From IMG/VR virus record IMGVR_UViG_3300012940_000069, positions 1-32,268 of that record: a DNA stretch of 32,268 nt. One strand, given 5' to 3'. Positions 23,522-32,083 of this stretch are shown piece by piece. Source of the stretch: a virus. Taxonomy: Duplodnaviria > Caudoviricetes. The translations under genes and the position numbers were made by a program. The notes under the pieces were generated by a model. It saw only the letters and a program-made list of their open reading frames with translations, did not search any database and was not told where the DNA came from. Numbering within the stretch: the first letter of the stretch is position 1; every line of letters starts with the position of its first letter.

Positions 23522-26026
23522 TCATGCCCAGCTAATTTCTTCGCAGTCTCCCCACGACTTGTCAGAAATCTTTATTCCCGCCTGGAAGACCAGCGGGAAG
23601 CTATAGGGGACTGTGATTGTGAGATGCTTATGGAGTCTCGGTTTGACCCAGTTTGTGAGGTATGCTGGCCACTGAAAGACGGATGAGTCGTGAACTTGTA
23701 GAAGAAACTCAACTCTTGCCCTTCTAAGCTCTTCGTCATCTGTAATGTTAAGTATTCCAAGGTTGGTCGCAATGGCAACTGTAGATTGTGGAATCCAAGC
23801 CAAGGCTTCTTTAAGGAGATTGTCAATTCGATCGAAATAGAATCTTCTGTAGCCGAAAGCGTTTTCTACATAGCGCTTAGTGGCTAGTTGCAACTCGATT
23901 CTGCGGTGCCACTTCGGAATGCCAGTTCGAACACTAAAATAGCGCTTTTGAAACTTGGCTGCTTCGTTGACTGTAATGCCCAAGGTCCGAGCAAGAACTT
24001 GCGGCGTTCCACCGTAGTGTGTAAGGTGAACTCCCTGCTTTGCGAGGTAATAGTTCAACGTACCCTTTTTCGGGGCCTGGCCAAAAATGATCTCGCCATT
24101 GACGTAATGGAGGTTTGGTGCATTTGGGTCAAGAAAGTGATCCATCAAGGACTTGTCTTCTGATTCCCATGCCACCACTCTTGCGTCAGCTTGCGGTAAG
24201 TCAAATTCTCCGAGGCAAAATCCTGGATCTGGTACAAACATCTTGCGGAGATTGGGAAGAGGCCAATACTCTTCCGCCCGTTCTCCCGAGGTGATATTCT
24301 GACCGTTAGTTCCAAATCCAAAGGGGTCTGCAGATGATGCGAATCTGTACGTTTCAGTTCCTGGAATGGTATACTGACAACGAAATCTTCCGTCAGCGTC
24401 AAGAGGTGTATTGCAAACTGAGAGCGCATTAGCGAGAGACCGCTGGTGGTTGATTGCGCTGATGAGTGGATAGAGCAAGACGTCTCGCTTGCCATAGATT
24501 TCGAGAATATCTCCACCAAGCGACGGAGACTTCGTTTTACGATCGAGAATCTTTTCCTGCTTGAGTTCGTCATAAAACAACTTCCTCATCTGTGGAGTCG
24601 ATCGTACATTTAAGGGATGACCTAAAACCTGCTCCAGCCACACCTGGTTTTGATAGATGTCGTTGTGGAGCATGAACATGAGCCTATTTTTATAGTCATG
24701 GTCTACACGAATGCCCCGGGCAGAGGAACGAGCAACAGGCGTTGATAGCCGCTGCTGAATTTCGTGTGGAGTGCCGTATACAGTGCGCCGAAGCCCCCGC
24801 TGATCTCGGGCGCGCATAAGAACTTCAGCGATCTCATATGTTGCAACGCAGTCGCGGCAGTTGTAAGTCCACCAAGTAATGGGGTCGCCCTTCCCCATTT
24901 CCTTGCCCTCGTCCTTCCAGTAAATGTGGACATCTCGATAAAGGCTAGACTGGAAATCAAGTCCCTTTGGCAATCCTGGAAATTGGACGTGGTGCTCGCT
25001 CATGCAGTCGAGGTATAAGTTTACCTCAAACCCCCAATACTTCGCTATGTATTGGTAGTCATACTGCCAGTTTTGTCCGATGATTCGAGCATTCGTGTGA
25101 GTGAGAAGGTCCCGCAATAGCAAGACGATAGCAAACTCCTCGTCGGCTGTCCAATAGTGTTTGTCTCCCTTACGCGGGTCGAGGAAAGGGAGACATATGG
25201 CGTCGGTCTTAGACCAAGCGATACCAATACAGGCGAGATGTCTCCGGGAGGTTTCGATATCCACTGCCAAATAGGTAGGACCGCGCTGTACTTGAAGCAG
25301 CAATGCTTCGAGTGTACTTCGTGCAACTGCAAAGCTTGGTTCGACATAGAAGTTTTCCTCTACTGTAGGAAAACCGATATATTCAGCCCATCTTTTAACC
25401 CGTCGGAGATCGTGAACAGCAAGAGTTCTGTATTCCCAATTCCGAAGTATGGCGGCGGGGTGGATAGTGGGAATAACCTTAATTCGGGAATCGGCCTCGA
25501 AGGAATCGTGCAATCGTAGTAGGCTACCTCGCCACTTGGTAATTCCATTTTGACGAGTAAGGGCCCATAACGGGAGATTTCCAAGAGGCACAATGATATT
25601 TGGTTTAGTAGTCGCGATTTCATCTTTGAGCTCCTGTAGACCTTCGACTACCCGGGGATCGAAGTAGTCTGTGTCATACTTGACCATGGAAGGGGTGATG
25701 TACTTCTTGACTTGTTTCCCACCAGCGCCTTTCTTTGGCCACCAAAGTTCCATTTTATTTCCAGGAGGGCGATAGTGGCAGACATTTGCAACGCGACACT
25801 CACTACGCAAAATGCCAGCCTCGTTAAGCATCTTCGTAAGCTCGCGACCACTGCCGCCTACGAAGGGACGACCTTCTTTTTCTTCCTCCTTTCCGGGCGC
25901 TTCGCCAACAATGAGAATCTTCGCAGGCTGTGGCCCAAAGTTAGGAACCTTACGGCTATCGAATTGAGGGGCCTCTTCTGCCTGTTCATTCAAGGCTGCA
26001 CGAATACGCTCGGAAAGGGTTGTCAT
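23522..26026 (-). CDS. Family A DNA polymerase with N-terminal family-4-like uracil-DNA glycosylase and 3'-5' exonuclease domains
   Basis: UDG motifs GEAPG..E...GRPFVG.SG and HPAAILR. Exo I DIET, Exo II QNWQYD, Exo III YNCRD. Pol motifs TYRFAS, A (DLPQAD), B (K...H...YG) and C (QVHDS). Confidence 0.93.
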   Translation of the reverse strand: MTTLSERIRAALNEQAEEAPQFDSRKVPNFGPQPAKILIVGEAPGKEEEKEGRPFVGGSGRELTKMLNEAGILRSECRVANVCHYRPPGNKMELWWPKKGAGGKQVKKYITPSMVKYDTDYFDPRVVEGLQELKDEIATTKPNIIVPLGNLPLWALTRQNGITKWRGSLLRLHDSFEADSRIKVIPTIHPAAILRNWEYRTLAVHDLRRVKRWAEYIGFPTVEENFYVEPSFAVARSTLEALLLQVQRGPTYLAVDIETSRRHLACIGIAWSKTDAICLPFLDPRKGDKHYWTADEEFAIVLLLRDLLTHTNARIIGQNWQYDYQYIAKYWGFEVNLYLDCMSEHHVQFPGLPKGLDFQSSLYRDVHIYWKDEGKEMGKGDPITWWTYNCRDCVATYEIAEVLMRARDQRGLRRTVYGTPHEIQQRLSTPVARSSARGIRVDHDYKNRLMFMLHNDIYQNQVWLEQVLGHPLNVRSTPQMRKLFYDELKQEKILDRKTKSPSLGGDILEIYGKRDVLLYPLISAINHQRSLANALSVCNTPLDADGRFRCQYTIPGTETYRFASSADPFGFGTNGQNITSGERAEEYWPLPNLRKMFVPDPGFCLGEFDLPQADARVVAWESEDKSLMDHFLDPNAPNLHYVNGEIIFGQAPKKGTLNYYLAKQGVHLTHYGGTPQVLARTLGITVNEAAKFQKRYFSVRTGIPKWHRRIELQLATKRYVENAFGYRRFYFDRIDNLLKEALAWIPQSTVAIATNLGILNITDDEELRRARVEFLLQVHDSSVFQWPAYLTNWVKPRLHKHLTITVPYSFPLVFQAGIKISDKSWGDCEEISWA

Positions 26027-26028
26027 TG

Positions 26029-27324
26029 TTACTTATCCTCCAAAATGGCGCTCTTAGCAAGCCCAATTGCAACTTCGTTTACTTCGATTCCTGTGCACTT
26101 GAGCTTCTGGAGCTTGGCTGCCCTGAAGATCGAACCGCTTCCGACACAAGGATCAAGAATGTGTTCGCCAGGATAAAAAGACAGGCCAAGTATATCAGCC
26201 AGAAGTTCGACTGGTTTCTGCGCGGCATAGATTTTTTGCTTTACTGCGGGATAAGAGAACACGTCCGAAGCAGACTTTGAAAGCTTGCGGTTGCCCTTCT
26301 GTGCAAACAGAATACATTCATAACGTCGCCCGAAATAGCCTGGCTGTGGGGCATGCCCAAGCCCAGGTTTGTGCCAAATAAGAGGCGTGGCGAAGGGAGT
26401 CCACCCATACTTTCTGGCAAGGTCTGCAAGAGTAGGCCACATCCTGATATCACAGAACATGTAGAGGTGGGCGTTAGGCTTGCACAACCTGAAACCTTCA
26501 TGGAGAATTAGGTTAGCAATCCGCGCCGCAGTCTCCGAATCATCCTCGTATTGATGCCCTGTGGCACTTGTTTGTTCCCCGAAGTTGTCAGCGCCCATGC
26601 CATAAGGCGGGTCCGTTACTATACCGTGGAACGTTTCAGCTTGCAAGGTAGGAAGAATGTCTAGGCAGCTTCCCTCGATAAGGATGAGGTCACTGTTCTT
26701 TTGCTCGGTTAGGGCAGCAAGTCCGCCGAAGAGTTCCTGTTCGAGCTTTTTCTTTGCGATTCGAACGGCTTCACGACGGGATTGCGCCTTGGCAACGTCA
26801 GGGTCGTTGGCGAAGGAGTCAAGCAAAAGTGCGTCGGCCACTTCGCCGCGCTGCCTATCCTCCGTGCGCTCGTCGCCTCGAATTTCATCAATGGCTTTGC
26901 CTGTTTCCGCCAGGGTTTGAAGTGGGTTCTGTTCCTTGAACATTGCATGTAGCTTGGCAATAGCCCGCGCTTCGTCGAGAGGAGAGAGGTTCTTGCGACG
27001 AAGGTTTTCGGATAGTTCGATCCGAAATAGAATGCGTTCGTCGGGCTCCTTGATCTTAACGATTGGAACAAACCTAGGCTGGACCATTACTGTACCATAA
27101 CGATACTCGGTAGTAATGGACTTAATCGCCTGAAGCCTACACCAGCCAGCAATGAGGTTGCCGTTGAGATCAACGGAAGGAGCGTGGATAAGCCCGTTCT
27201 CAAGGATATCTTTTGTAAGCTCCTTGATGTGCTCGTCAGGTACCTCGCGGCGCTGACGTTCGCCAACAAAGATTGAATCGACAGGAACAACTTGAAATGT
27301 GGAAATGGAACTATGATCGTGCAT
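26029..27324 (-). CDS. ParB-N domain fused to an amino (N6-A/N4-C) DNA methyltransferase, beta-type motif order
   Basis: ParB: RQR, GLIHAP, LIAGWCRL.A, ENLRRKNL. MTase: TDPPYG precedes QKP and LDPCVGSGS. Confidence 0.9.
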   Translation of the reverse strand: MHDHSSISTFQVVPVDSIFVGERQRREVPDEHIKELTKDILENGLIHAPSVDLNGNLIAGWCRLQAIKSITTEYRYGTVMVQPRFVPIVKIKEPDERILFRIELSENLRRKNLSPLDEARAIAKLHAMFKEQNPLQTLAETGKAIDEIRGDERTEDRQRGEVADALLLDSFANDPDVAKAQSRREAVRIAKKKLEQELFGGLAALTEQKNSDLILIEGSCLDILPTLQAETFHGIVTDPPYGMGADNFGEQTSATGHQYEDDSETAARIANLILHEGFRLCKPNAHLYMFCDIRMWPTLADLARKYGWTPFATPLIWHKPGLGHAPQPGYFGRRYECILFAQKGNRKLSKSASDVFSYPAVKQKIYAAQKPVELLADILGLSFYPGEHILDPCVGSGSIFRAAKLQKLKCTGIEVNEVAIGLAKSAILEDK

Positions 27325-27724
27325 GCTCTTCCTCCGCAGGTAAGGCGCCTGTTAGGATATAACCTGTATTCTTTTCTACGCTGATAGCTCGATCATCCCA
27401 GAGTTCGGACATCTCATAGTCTTTGATGCAAGTTATTGGCAAGTATTGCCCGATGTGCTCGAGACACCAGCGCCTGATGGATTCGACTGCCTCCTTGGCA
27501 ATGTGAGTTTCATAAGAGTCTGGAATCCAATTAGGGCTGTAAGACTGAGGAATATAGCCCAAAGGATAAGCGCGAGCGGTAAAGATTCGGACCTCTTTGC
27601 CAGCAGCCAGCCAAGACTGAATCCTTTGAACCATGAGAGGAATAGGCCTACCAATTTTGGTCGGTCCAAGCCATCCAGTGTACTCCGCAAGGGTTCCATC
27701 AAGATCAACCCCTATCCAAGCCAT
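27311..27724 (-). CDS. HAD-superfamily hydrolase (phage PNKP-phosphatase-like)
   Basis: Motifs DLDGTL, FTAR, K and WDDRA. Confidence 0.85.
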   Translation of the reverse strand: MAWIGVDLDGTLAEYTGWLGPTKIGRPIPLMVQRIQSWLAAGKEVRIFTARAYPLGYIPQSYSPNWIPDSYETHIAKEAVESIRRWCLEHIGQYLPITCIKDYEMSELWDDRAISVEKNTGYILTGALPAEEEHARS

Positions 27725-27737
27725 TATTGCTCTCCCC

Positions 27738-28934
27738 TCAAAGTGCTACCACTACGCGCTCTTCAGCGCGAGTCAATGCAGTGTAAAGCCAGTTCCGGCT
27801 GTAATCCGGCTTGCCGTTGCGGCCCGCGAAGACATAGGATTCGTTCGCAATGTATACTGTTTTCCATTGCGAACCCTGAGCTTTATGACACGTAATAGCA
27901 TAGCCGAAGTCGAATTCTTCAGCTTTGCTCCGTTCATACCACATGAGCTGCTTGAAGTCCGTGTCGAACTGATGAGCTTCGACAAGCAAACCCCTTTTTG
28001 TCGGGTCGTACTCCTCTTCCCAAGGGAAGATTTCCATAGCAATTGCGTAGCCCCGGTCTTCCGCCTGGGCGACACGCCACTGCGTTCCGTTAAGGAGTCC
28101 GTGTTCCTTGTTGTTTTTTAGGCAGATGACTTTCTCCCCCTGCTCTGGAGTGGAGGAAGTCCAGCCAAAGAGGTCGCGATACCTTGTATTCCAAGCTTTG
28201 CGCGTGCGGTTGAGCCCAACGATAAGCTGCTCGAAGTCTTTTGGGTTCTCATTTTCTTCACGGCGGTCGATACACTTCGAATTGCCGTATGAACCCTTCT
28301 TGAGCCGATGCCCTTGTCGGACAAGGGTTGCCATCGTGATGATGGGATTGTCGCGCGCTTGGCGGTGAATTTCCGTAAGCAAGAAATCAGGTTTTGCCGA
28401 GGTGAAGAACCCACCTCCGTCAATCGGCGGAAGCTGGGCTGGGTCGCCAAGGACAAGGATCTTCTTGCCAAAGGACAAGAGGTCCTGCCCAAGTTGCTCT
28501 CCTACCATTGAAACCTCGTCGATGACGATGAGGTCAATATCCTTAAGCTCGTTCTTGTCGCGCAAACTAAATGTAGGCTTGTTGGCTTCCTCAAACTCTC
28601 TCTGTAGGGTCTTTCTGAGGGCCGGGACCTTGCACTCCTCGAGTTTTTGTTTGAGGTCGTGGATCTTTTCCTCGTCGGGCTCATCAACTTTGTAGATTAA
28701 TGAGTGAATGGTGTTTGCGGGATTGCCCTTCTTGCGGAGGACGCTCGCCGCTTTGCCAGTGTACGCGCCGAACACAGCCCGAGCTGAGAGGCTCGCAACC
28801 ACGTCCTTTGCAATCGTAGTCTTGCCCGTTCCAGCGTAGCCGAACAGACGAAACACTTGGGGAGAAGAAGCACCTCCATTGTACCACTCCACAACTTTGT
28901 CTTTAGCCTGCGCTTGTTGAATTGATAGTTGCAT
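27738..28934 (-). CDS. SF1B (Dda/RecD-like) DNA helicase
   Basis: Motifs GYAGTGKT, TIHSLIY, DEVSMV, GDPAQLPP, HRQ, YAITCHKAQGSQW and LYTALTRA. Confidence 0.93.
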   Translation of the reverse strand: MQLSIQQAQAKDKVVEWYNGGASSPQVFRLFGYAGTGKTTIAKDVVASLSARAVFGAYTGKAASVLRKKGNPANTIHSLIYKVDEPDEEKIHDLKQKLEECKVPALRKTLQREFEEANKPTFSLRDKNELKDIDLIVIDEVSMVGEQLGQDLLSFGKKILVLGDPAQLPPIDGGGFFTSAKPDFLLTEIHRQARDNPIITMATLVRQGHRLKKGSYGNSKCIDRREENENPKDFEQLIVGLNRTRKAWNTRYRDLFGWTSSTPEQGEKVICLKNNKEHGLLNGTQWRVAQAEDRGYAIAMEIFPWEEEYDPTKRGLLVEAHQFDTDFKQLMWYERSKAEEFDFGYAITCHKAQGSQWKTVYIANESYVFAGRNGKPDYSRNWLYTALTRAEERVVVAL

Positions 28935-28943
28935 TGTAGTTCC

Positions 28944-29321
28944 TCATTTCATTAGTCCGGCTGCGTACTCAATCAGCCAGACGCGCGGCGCGAGTGTGAT
29001 TTGTATAAGCCCAATGAATGCCCACACGCTCAATACAAGTGCGATGAAACCAACGAGAGTGGACCCAGCTATAGCTGCCTCGTATGAGTCATCGTATGAG
29101 GATTCACTCGCCTTCCGTAACAAAAAGCGAATCCAGAACGGAAGCACCACTAGAACGCTCACCCCGGCAACGAGGGCGACGGTGTAGCCTATCGTATAGA
29201 GCCGAATGAGCTCTTGGATTACGAGTGGAACCTGCTCGCTGATGAAGTCTCCTGTACGAGTCGCATTCCCGATCAGATCGCGCAGCATCGTAAAGGCTTG
29301 TTCTTTTAGACTCTCGTCCAT
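28944..29321 (-). CDS. Two-TM membrane protein of unknown function
   Basis: ATG at 29321 with a GGAGG SD. Two hydrophobic segments, EQVP.VIQEL and APRVWLIEY motifs. Confidence 0.75.
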   Translation of the reverse strand: MDESLKEQAFTMLRDLIGNATRTGDFISEQVPLVIQELIRLYTIGYTVALVAGVSVLVVLPFWIRFLLRKASESSYDDSYEAAIAGSTLVGFIALVLSVWAFIGLIQITLAPRVWLIEYAAGLMK

Positions 29322-29337
29322 TAACCCTCCTTCGAGC

Positions 29338-29380
29338 AAAAAGGGACAGGGCCTGCAGGGGAATCTACAGGCCCTGTCCT
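29338..29380 (-). terminator. Rho-independent terminator after the SSB-like gene
   Basis: 12-bp perfect stem GGACAGGGCCTG/CAGGCCCTGTCC followed by C-TTTTT on the minus strand. Confidence 0.75.
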
Positions 29381-29384
29381 AAGG

Positions 29385-29873
29385 TTACGCCAGTTTCGTT
29401 ACTTCGGAAACTTCGGCGTATGTGTTACCTCCGTCAATCCGGTGCTTGACCTTGATGCGAGCAACCTGCCCACCAAGCATCGTGAAGCTCCACGGTCGAC
29501 CCGTGAGGTTCTGGTTGAAAGCCTCACGAAGGCGACCGAGCGAGACGTTCTTGCCCTTGCCGAATTCGAGCGTACCGCCTGGCCCAAAGTCCAACGTGAG
29601 GGACTGACGGACCTTCGGCGCACGCCCGAGGTACTCAGAAAGTGCACCGCTCTCGTCGTTGACGCTCCACGTGAGATGGAGCATCACACCCTTCTGGCCG
29701 GCACGTTCGCCCTTCTTATAGTCGAAGGTCCTGAAGGACTCGGCCGTGACAGGCTCTGTTACCGCCGTGTATTCCCCCTCGGGGACCTGCAAGAGTTCTG
29801 TTGAGTTTGACTCGTTAAAGGTGGAGCTCAAGAACTGTTCCGGATTAAAAGGCATATTGTTTTCGACAGACAT
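29385..29873 (-). CDS. Putative single-stranded DNA-binding protein (OB-fold-like)
   Basis: VPEGEY, beta-rich body, LGRLREA and G....IKVKH. Follows a Sak4-like ATPase, the usual pairing. Confidence 0.65.
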   Translation of the reverse strand: MSVENNMPFNPEQFLSSTFNESNSTELLQVPEGEYTAVTEPVTAESFRTFDYKKGERAGQKGVMLHLTWSVNDESGALSEYLGRAPKVRQSLTLDFGPGGTLEFGKGKNVSLGRLREAFNQNLTGRPWSFTMLGGQVARIKVKHRIDGGNTYAEVSEVTKLA

Positions 29874-29935
29874 TTCAATTACCCTTTGAGTTGATGTTGA
29901 GGTTGCCTCATTAACCGCTGAGGCTAGCGGAAAAC

Positions 29936-30778
29936 TTATTCGGTTGGGAGGATCTTCCCGCCCTTGGTTATCCAGTTATTGACAAGCTGAGTGAATTTAG
30001 GTTCGAGTCCACTGGCAAGCGGGAGGTGCCTGCCGACGACTGTCGCCTCGAGGTCAGCTGTGTCCCAGGTGATGACCTTGCCCTCTCGCTTTGCACGAAT
30101 GACGTCGGCAAAGTCGCGGGGCATGTCCGGACCGAGCTTCTGGCCGATAGTTTTAACGGTAGCGAAGTAGCGTCCGGAAACGGGTTCTTGTTCTTTGTCC
30201 AGATGGGTGATAATAATCACCCAGCACTTGAACTCGATCCACACTTTGTAGACCATGCGCAGGGCATTCTGCGCAACCTGATAATCCGGGCGGTCGCGAA
30301 CAGGCTTATTGCCGACGACAAGCGCGAAGGCCATGTCACTAGCGCCCGACCACGAGTCGAGCACAAGGGCTCGGTCCGTGTTCCACTTGTTCGCTTGGCC
30401 CCATGACTTGCCGCAACATTCGCAAACAAACTCGTTTGTATGCTGCATGAGGTCGATGAACTTGTTGTGTTGCATCTTGAGCGGATCGACCATCTTGCAC
30501 AGGTTTTCGTATGAAAGCCTGTTGATGTTTGTCAAGGTGTTGATTACGGTTGCAACGTCAGTTGGCTTAGGGCTGACGTACACGTAATGCATTGTCTTCC
30601 CCCAATGCTCCTTGTGGACTTGCACGCCGTTCTGCTCAGTAACGAGCACGAAGGGCGTGATGCCGAGAGGTGGAAGGGACTGAAGCGCCGTTGACTTGCC
30701 GGTGCCACTGTCACCCATAAGGAGGATGTTCGGGGCGGGGATATTCGCACTCCGGGGCTGAGAAGTATCTTGATTCAT
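29936..30778 (-). CDS. Sak4/AAA_24-like ATPase (putative single-strand annealing recombinase)
   Basis: Walker A GDSGTGKS, Walker B LVLDS, IITH, G.KL...P..F..V. GGAG SD. Confidence 0.8.
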   Translation of the reverse strand: MNQDTSQPRSANIPAPNILLMGDSGTGKSTALQSLPPLGITPFVLVTEQNGVQVHKEHWGKTMHYVYVSPKPTDVATVINTLTNINRLSYENLCKMVDPLKMQHNKFIDLMQHTNEFVCECCGKSWGQANKWNTDRALVLDSWSGASDMAFALVVGNKPVRDRPDYQVAQNALRMVYKVWIEFKCWVIIITHLDKEQEPVSGRYFATVKTIGQKLGPDMPRDFADVIRAKREGKVITWDTADLEATVVGRHLPLASGLEPKFTQLVNNWITKGGKILPTE

Positions 30779-31085
30779 CTTGTACTCCTATTGCGCAATC
30801 GATCTCGTACAGGAGTTGTACGGCATCGAGGACAGGACACTCGAATGGATGAATGAGCTCTCCTCCATGCCGAAACATAACGTAACTGCTGAGCGAACCA
30901 ATACGCGTGTGCAAACACTTGGCGCAGCCGCCATAGATAACAGACCAAATTTCGTCTGAACCTTCAACGACGCGCTTAGCAAATATGTCTCCACAGTGGT
31001 AACAAAAGAATGCTACGCTGTGAGAGATCCAGGGGGAGAAAAACTCCCCCAGGATTTGGTCTCTGTAAAATACCTTAGTCTTCAT
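30711..31085 (-). CDS. Zinc-finger protein of unknown function
   Basis: ATG at 31085 after a GAGGAGG run. CYHC and CAKC pairs. Confidence 0.65.
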   Translation of the reverse strand: MKTKVFYRDQILGEFFSPWISHSVAFFCYHCGDIFAKRVVEGSDEIWSVIYGGCAKCLHTRIGSLSSYVMFRHGGELIHPFECPVLDAVQLLYEIDCAIGVQDESRYFSAPECEYPRPEHPPYG

Positions 31086-31281
31086 CCTCCTCCTCGTCCC
31101 ATTCGTCCCAATCCGAATCGTCTTCGTCTTCGTCTTCGTCTTCGACTTTCTCGATTTCAAGGTCTTCTTCGTTCATACAAGTGCCTCCACTTGGGGCCAC
31201 GCCCCAATATCGCTCCTCTTTGTCGTCACACATCACGATGAGCAGAGCAAGCGCATCACACAGGCGCTGGTGCTTACTCAT
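31075..31281 (-). CDS. Small protein with a hyperacidic C-terminus (possible internal start at 31176)
   Basis: Starts in a junction repeat (GAGG SD + ATG). 24 of the last 33 residues are D/E. Confidence 0.65.
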   Translation of the reverse strand: MSKHQRLCDALALLIVMCDDKEERYWGVAPSGGTCMNEEDLEIEKVEDEDEDEDDSDWDEWDEEEDED

Positions 31282-31471
31282 CGCTGCAGTCCTCATTGCC
31301 CACGATGCGAACCTTCGCAAGGCTGAGAAAACCGGCCACGCCCTCGTAGCTGCGTCGAGCGGTACCGGCCTTGCAGCAGCGCTCGAACGCCTCTAGGTCC
31401 TGCCCATCAAGCAGTCCAACGTAGATGCCATCGAGATGACGAATCAACGCGAGGTCCGAACGCTCACTCAT
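31274..31471 (-). CDS. 65-aa hypothetical early protein (cassette)
   Basis: GGAGG SD + ATG within a junction repeat. Ends EDCSDE*. Confidence 0.7.
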   Translation of the reverse strand: MSERSDLALIRHLDGIYVGLLDGQDLEAFERCCKAGTARRSYEGVAGFLSLAKVRIVGNEDCSDE

Positions 31472-31661
31472 CGCTACGGTCCTCCGCGTGCAGCAGCGCC
31501 TTCGCCCGAGCAAGCGCAGCGCGAAGGCAGTTGCAATACCGCTCCTCAGAGCGGTCGCACTGCAACGAATCTATCTCGTGCGCCTCGATAGTCCCAATCA
31601 GCAGAGTAAGCGCATCGCGCAGGCGCTCGATCTCAGCCCACGGCCCCGGCGTATCACTCAT
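31464..31661 (-). CDS. 65-aa hypothetical early protein (cassette; TPGPW and AEIERLR motifs)
   Basis: GGAGG SD + ATG within a junction repeat. Ends EDRSDE*. Confidence 0.7.
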   Translation of the reverse strand: MSDTPGPWAEIERLRDALTLLIGTIEAHEIDSLQCDRSEERYCNCLRAALARAKALLHAEDRSDE

Positions 31662-31851
31662 CGTTGCGGCCCTCCGCCCTTTTGACAATCACACACTCGA
31701 ACTGCTTTGCGCACTCCCGGCACAACACAGTCCAGTCGCCGAGATTCCACAGACCTGTATCTGGATACGTGCGGAAGTCGTAATCGAGAGTGGCGTCGTA
31801 GAAGGCTTTTCCTCCACACTTGTCGCAAAGTCGATAATCAGCCCGGGCCAT
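31654..31851 (-). CDS. 65-aa zinc-ribbon protein (cassette)
   Basis: CDKC and CREC pairs. GGAGG SD. Ends EGRNDE*. Confidence 0.75.
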   Translation of the reverse strand: MARADYRLCDKCGGKAFYDATLDYDFRTYPDTGLWNLGDWTVLCRECAKQFECVIVKRAEGRNDE

Positions 31852-32056
31852 CTCTGCGACCCTCCGCGCGGGTGGTGATCTTCATGATCGCGTCATGCAA
31901 GCGCTGCTGGCGCAATACATCGACGGTCGATGAGCCGATGGAAGATTCACGGCGCGCCCGCTGAACCCGCAGCGGCGCGTCAAACGTCAGATGCATCATC
32001 CACGGCGGCACGTCGCGCATGGCCCGTAGCCGGCGCACGAAGTCCTCGTCACTCAT
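31838..32056 (-). CDS. 72-aa hypothetical early protein (cassette)
   Basis: GGAGG SD + ATG within a junction repeat. Confidence 0.6.
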   Translation of the reverse strand: MSDEDFVRRLRAMRDVPPWMMHLTFDAPLRVQRARRESSIGSSTVDVLRQQRLHDAIMKITTRAEGRRDGPG

Positions 32057-32083
32057 CGCTGCGGTCCTCCGGTTACACCCGAC

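Larger units (their letters stand above)
31274..32071 (-). repeat. Five copies of a ~23-bp gene-junction repeat, consensus CGGAGGACCGCAGCGATGAGTGA
   Basis: Copies at 31274-31295, 31464-31486, 31654-31676, 31849-31866 (degenerate) and 32049-32071. Confidence 0.9.

Noticed and set aside
31029-31053. GGGGGAG-N5-CTCCCCC hairpin
   Set aside because: Lies inside a coding region and has no U-tract, so it is not supported as a terminator.
31274-32071. CRISPR array or integron attC interpretation of the junction repeats
   Set aside because: Spacers are ~170-bp protein-coding genes, the repeats are non-palindromic SD/start signals, and no cas or integrase gene is in the window.
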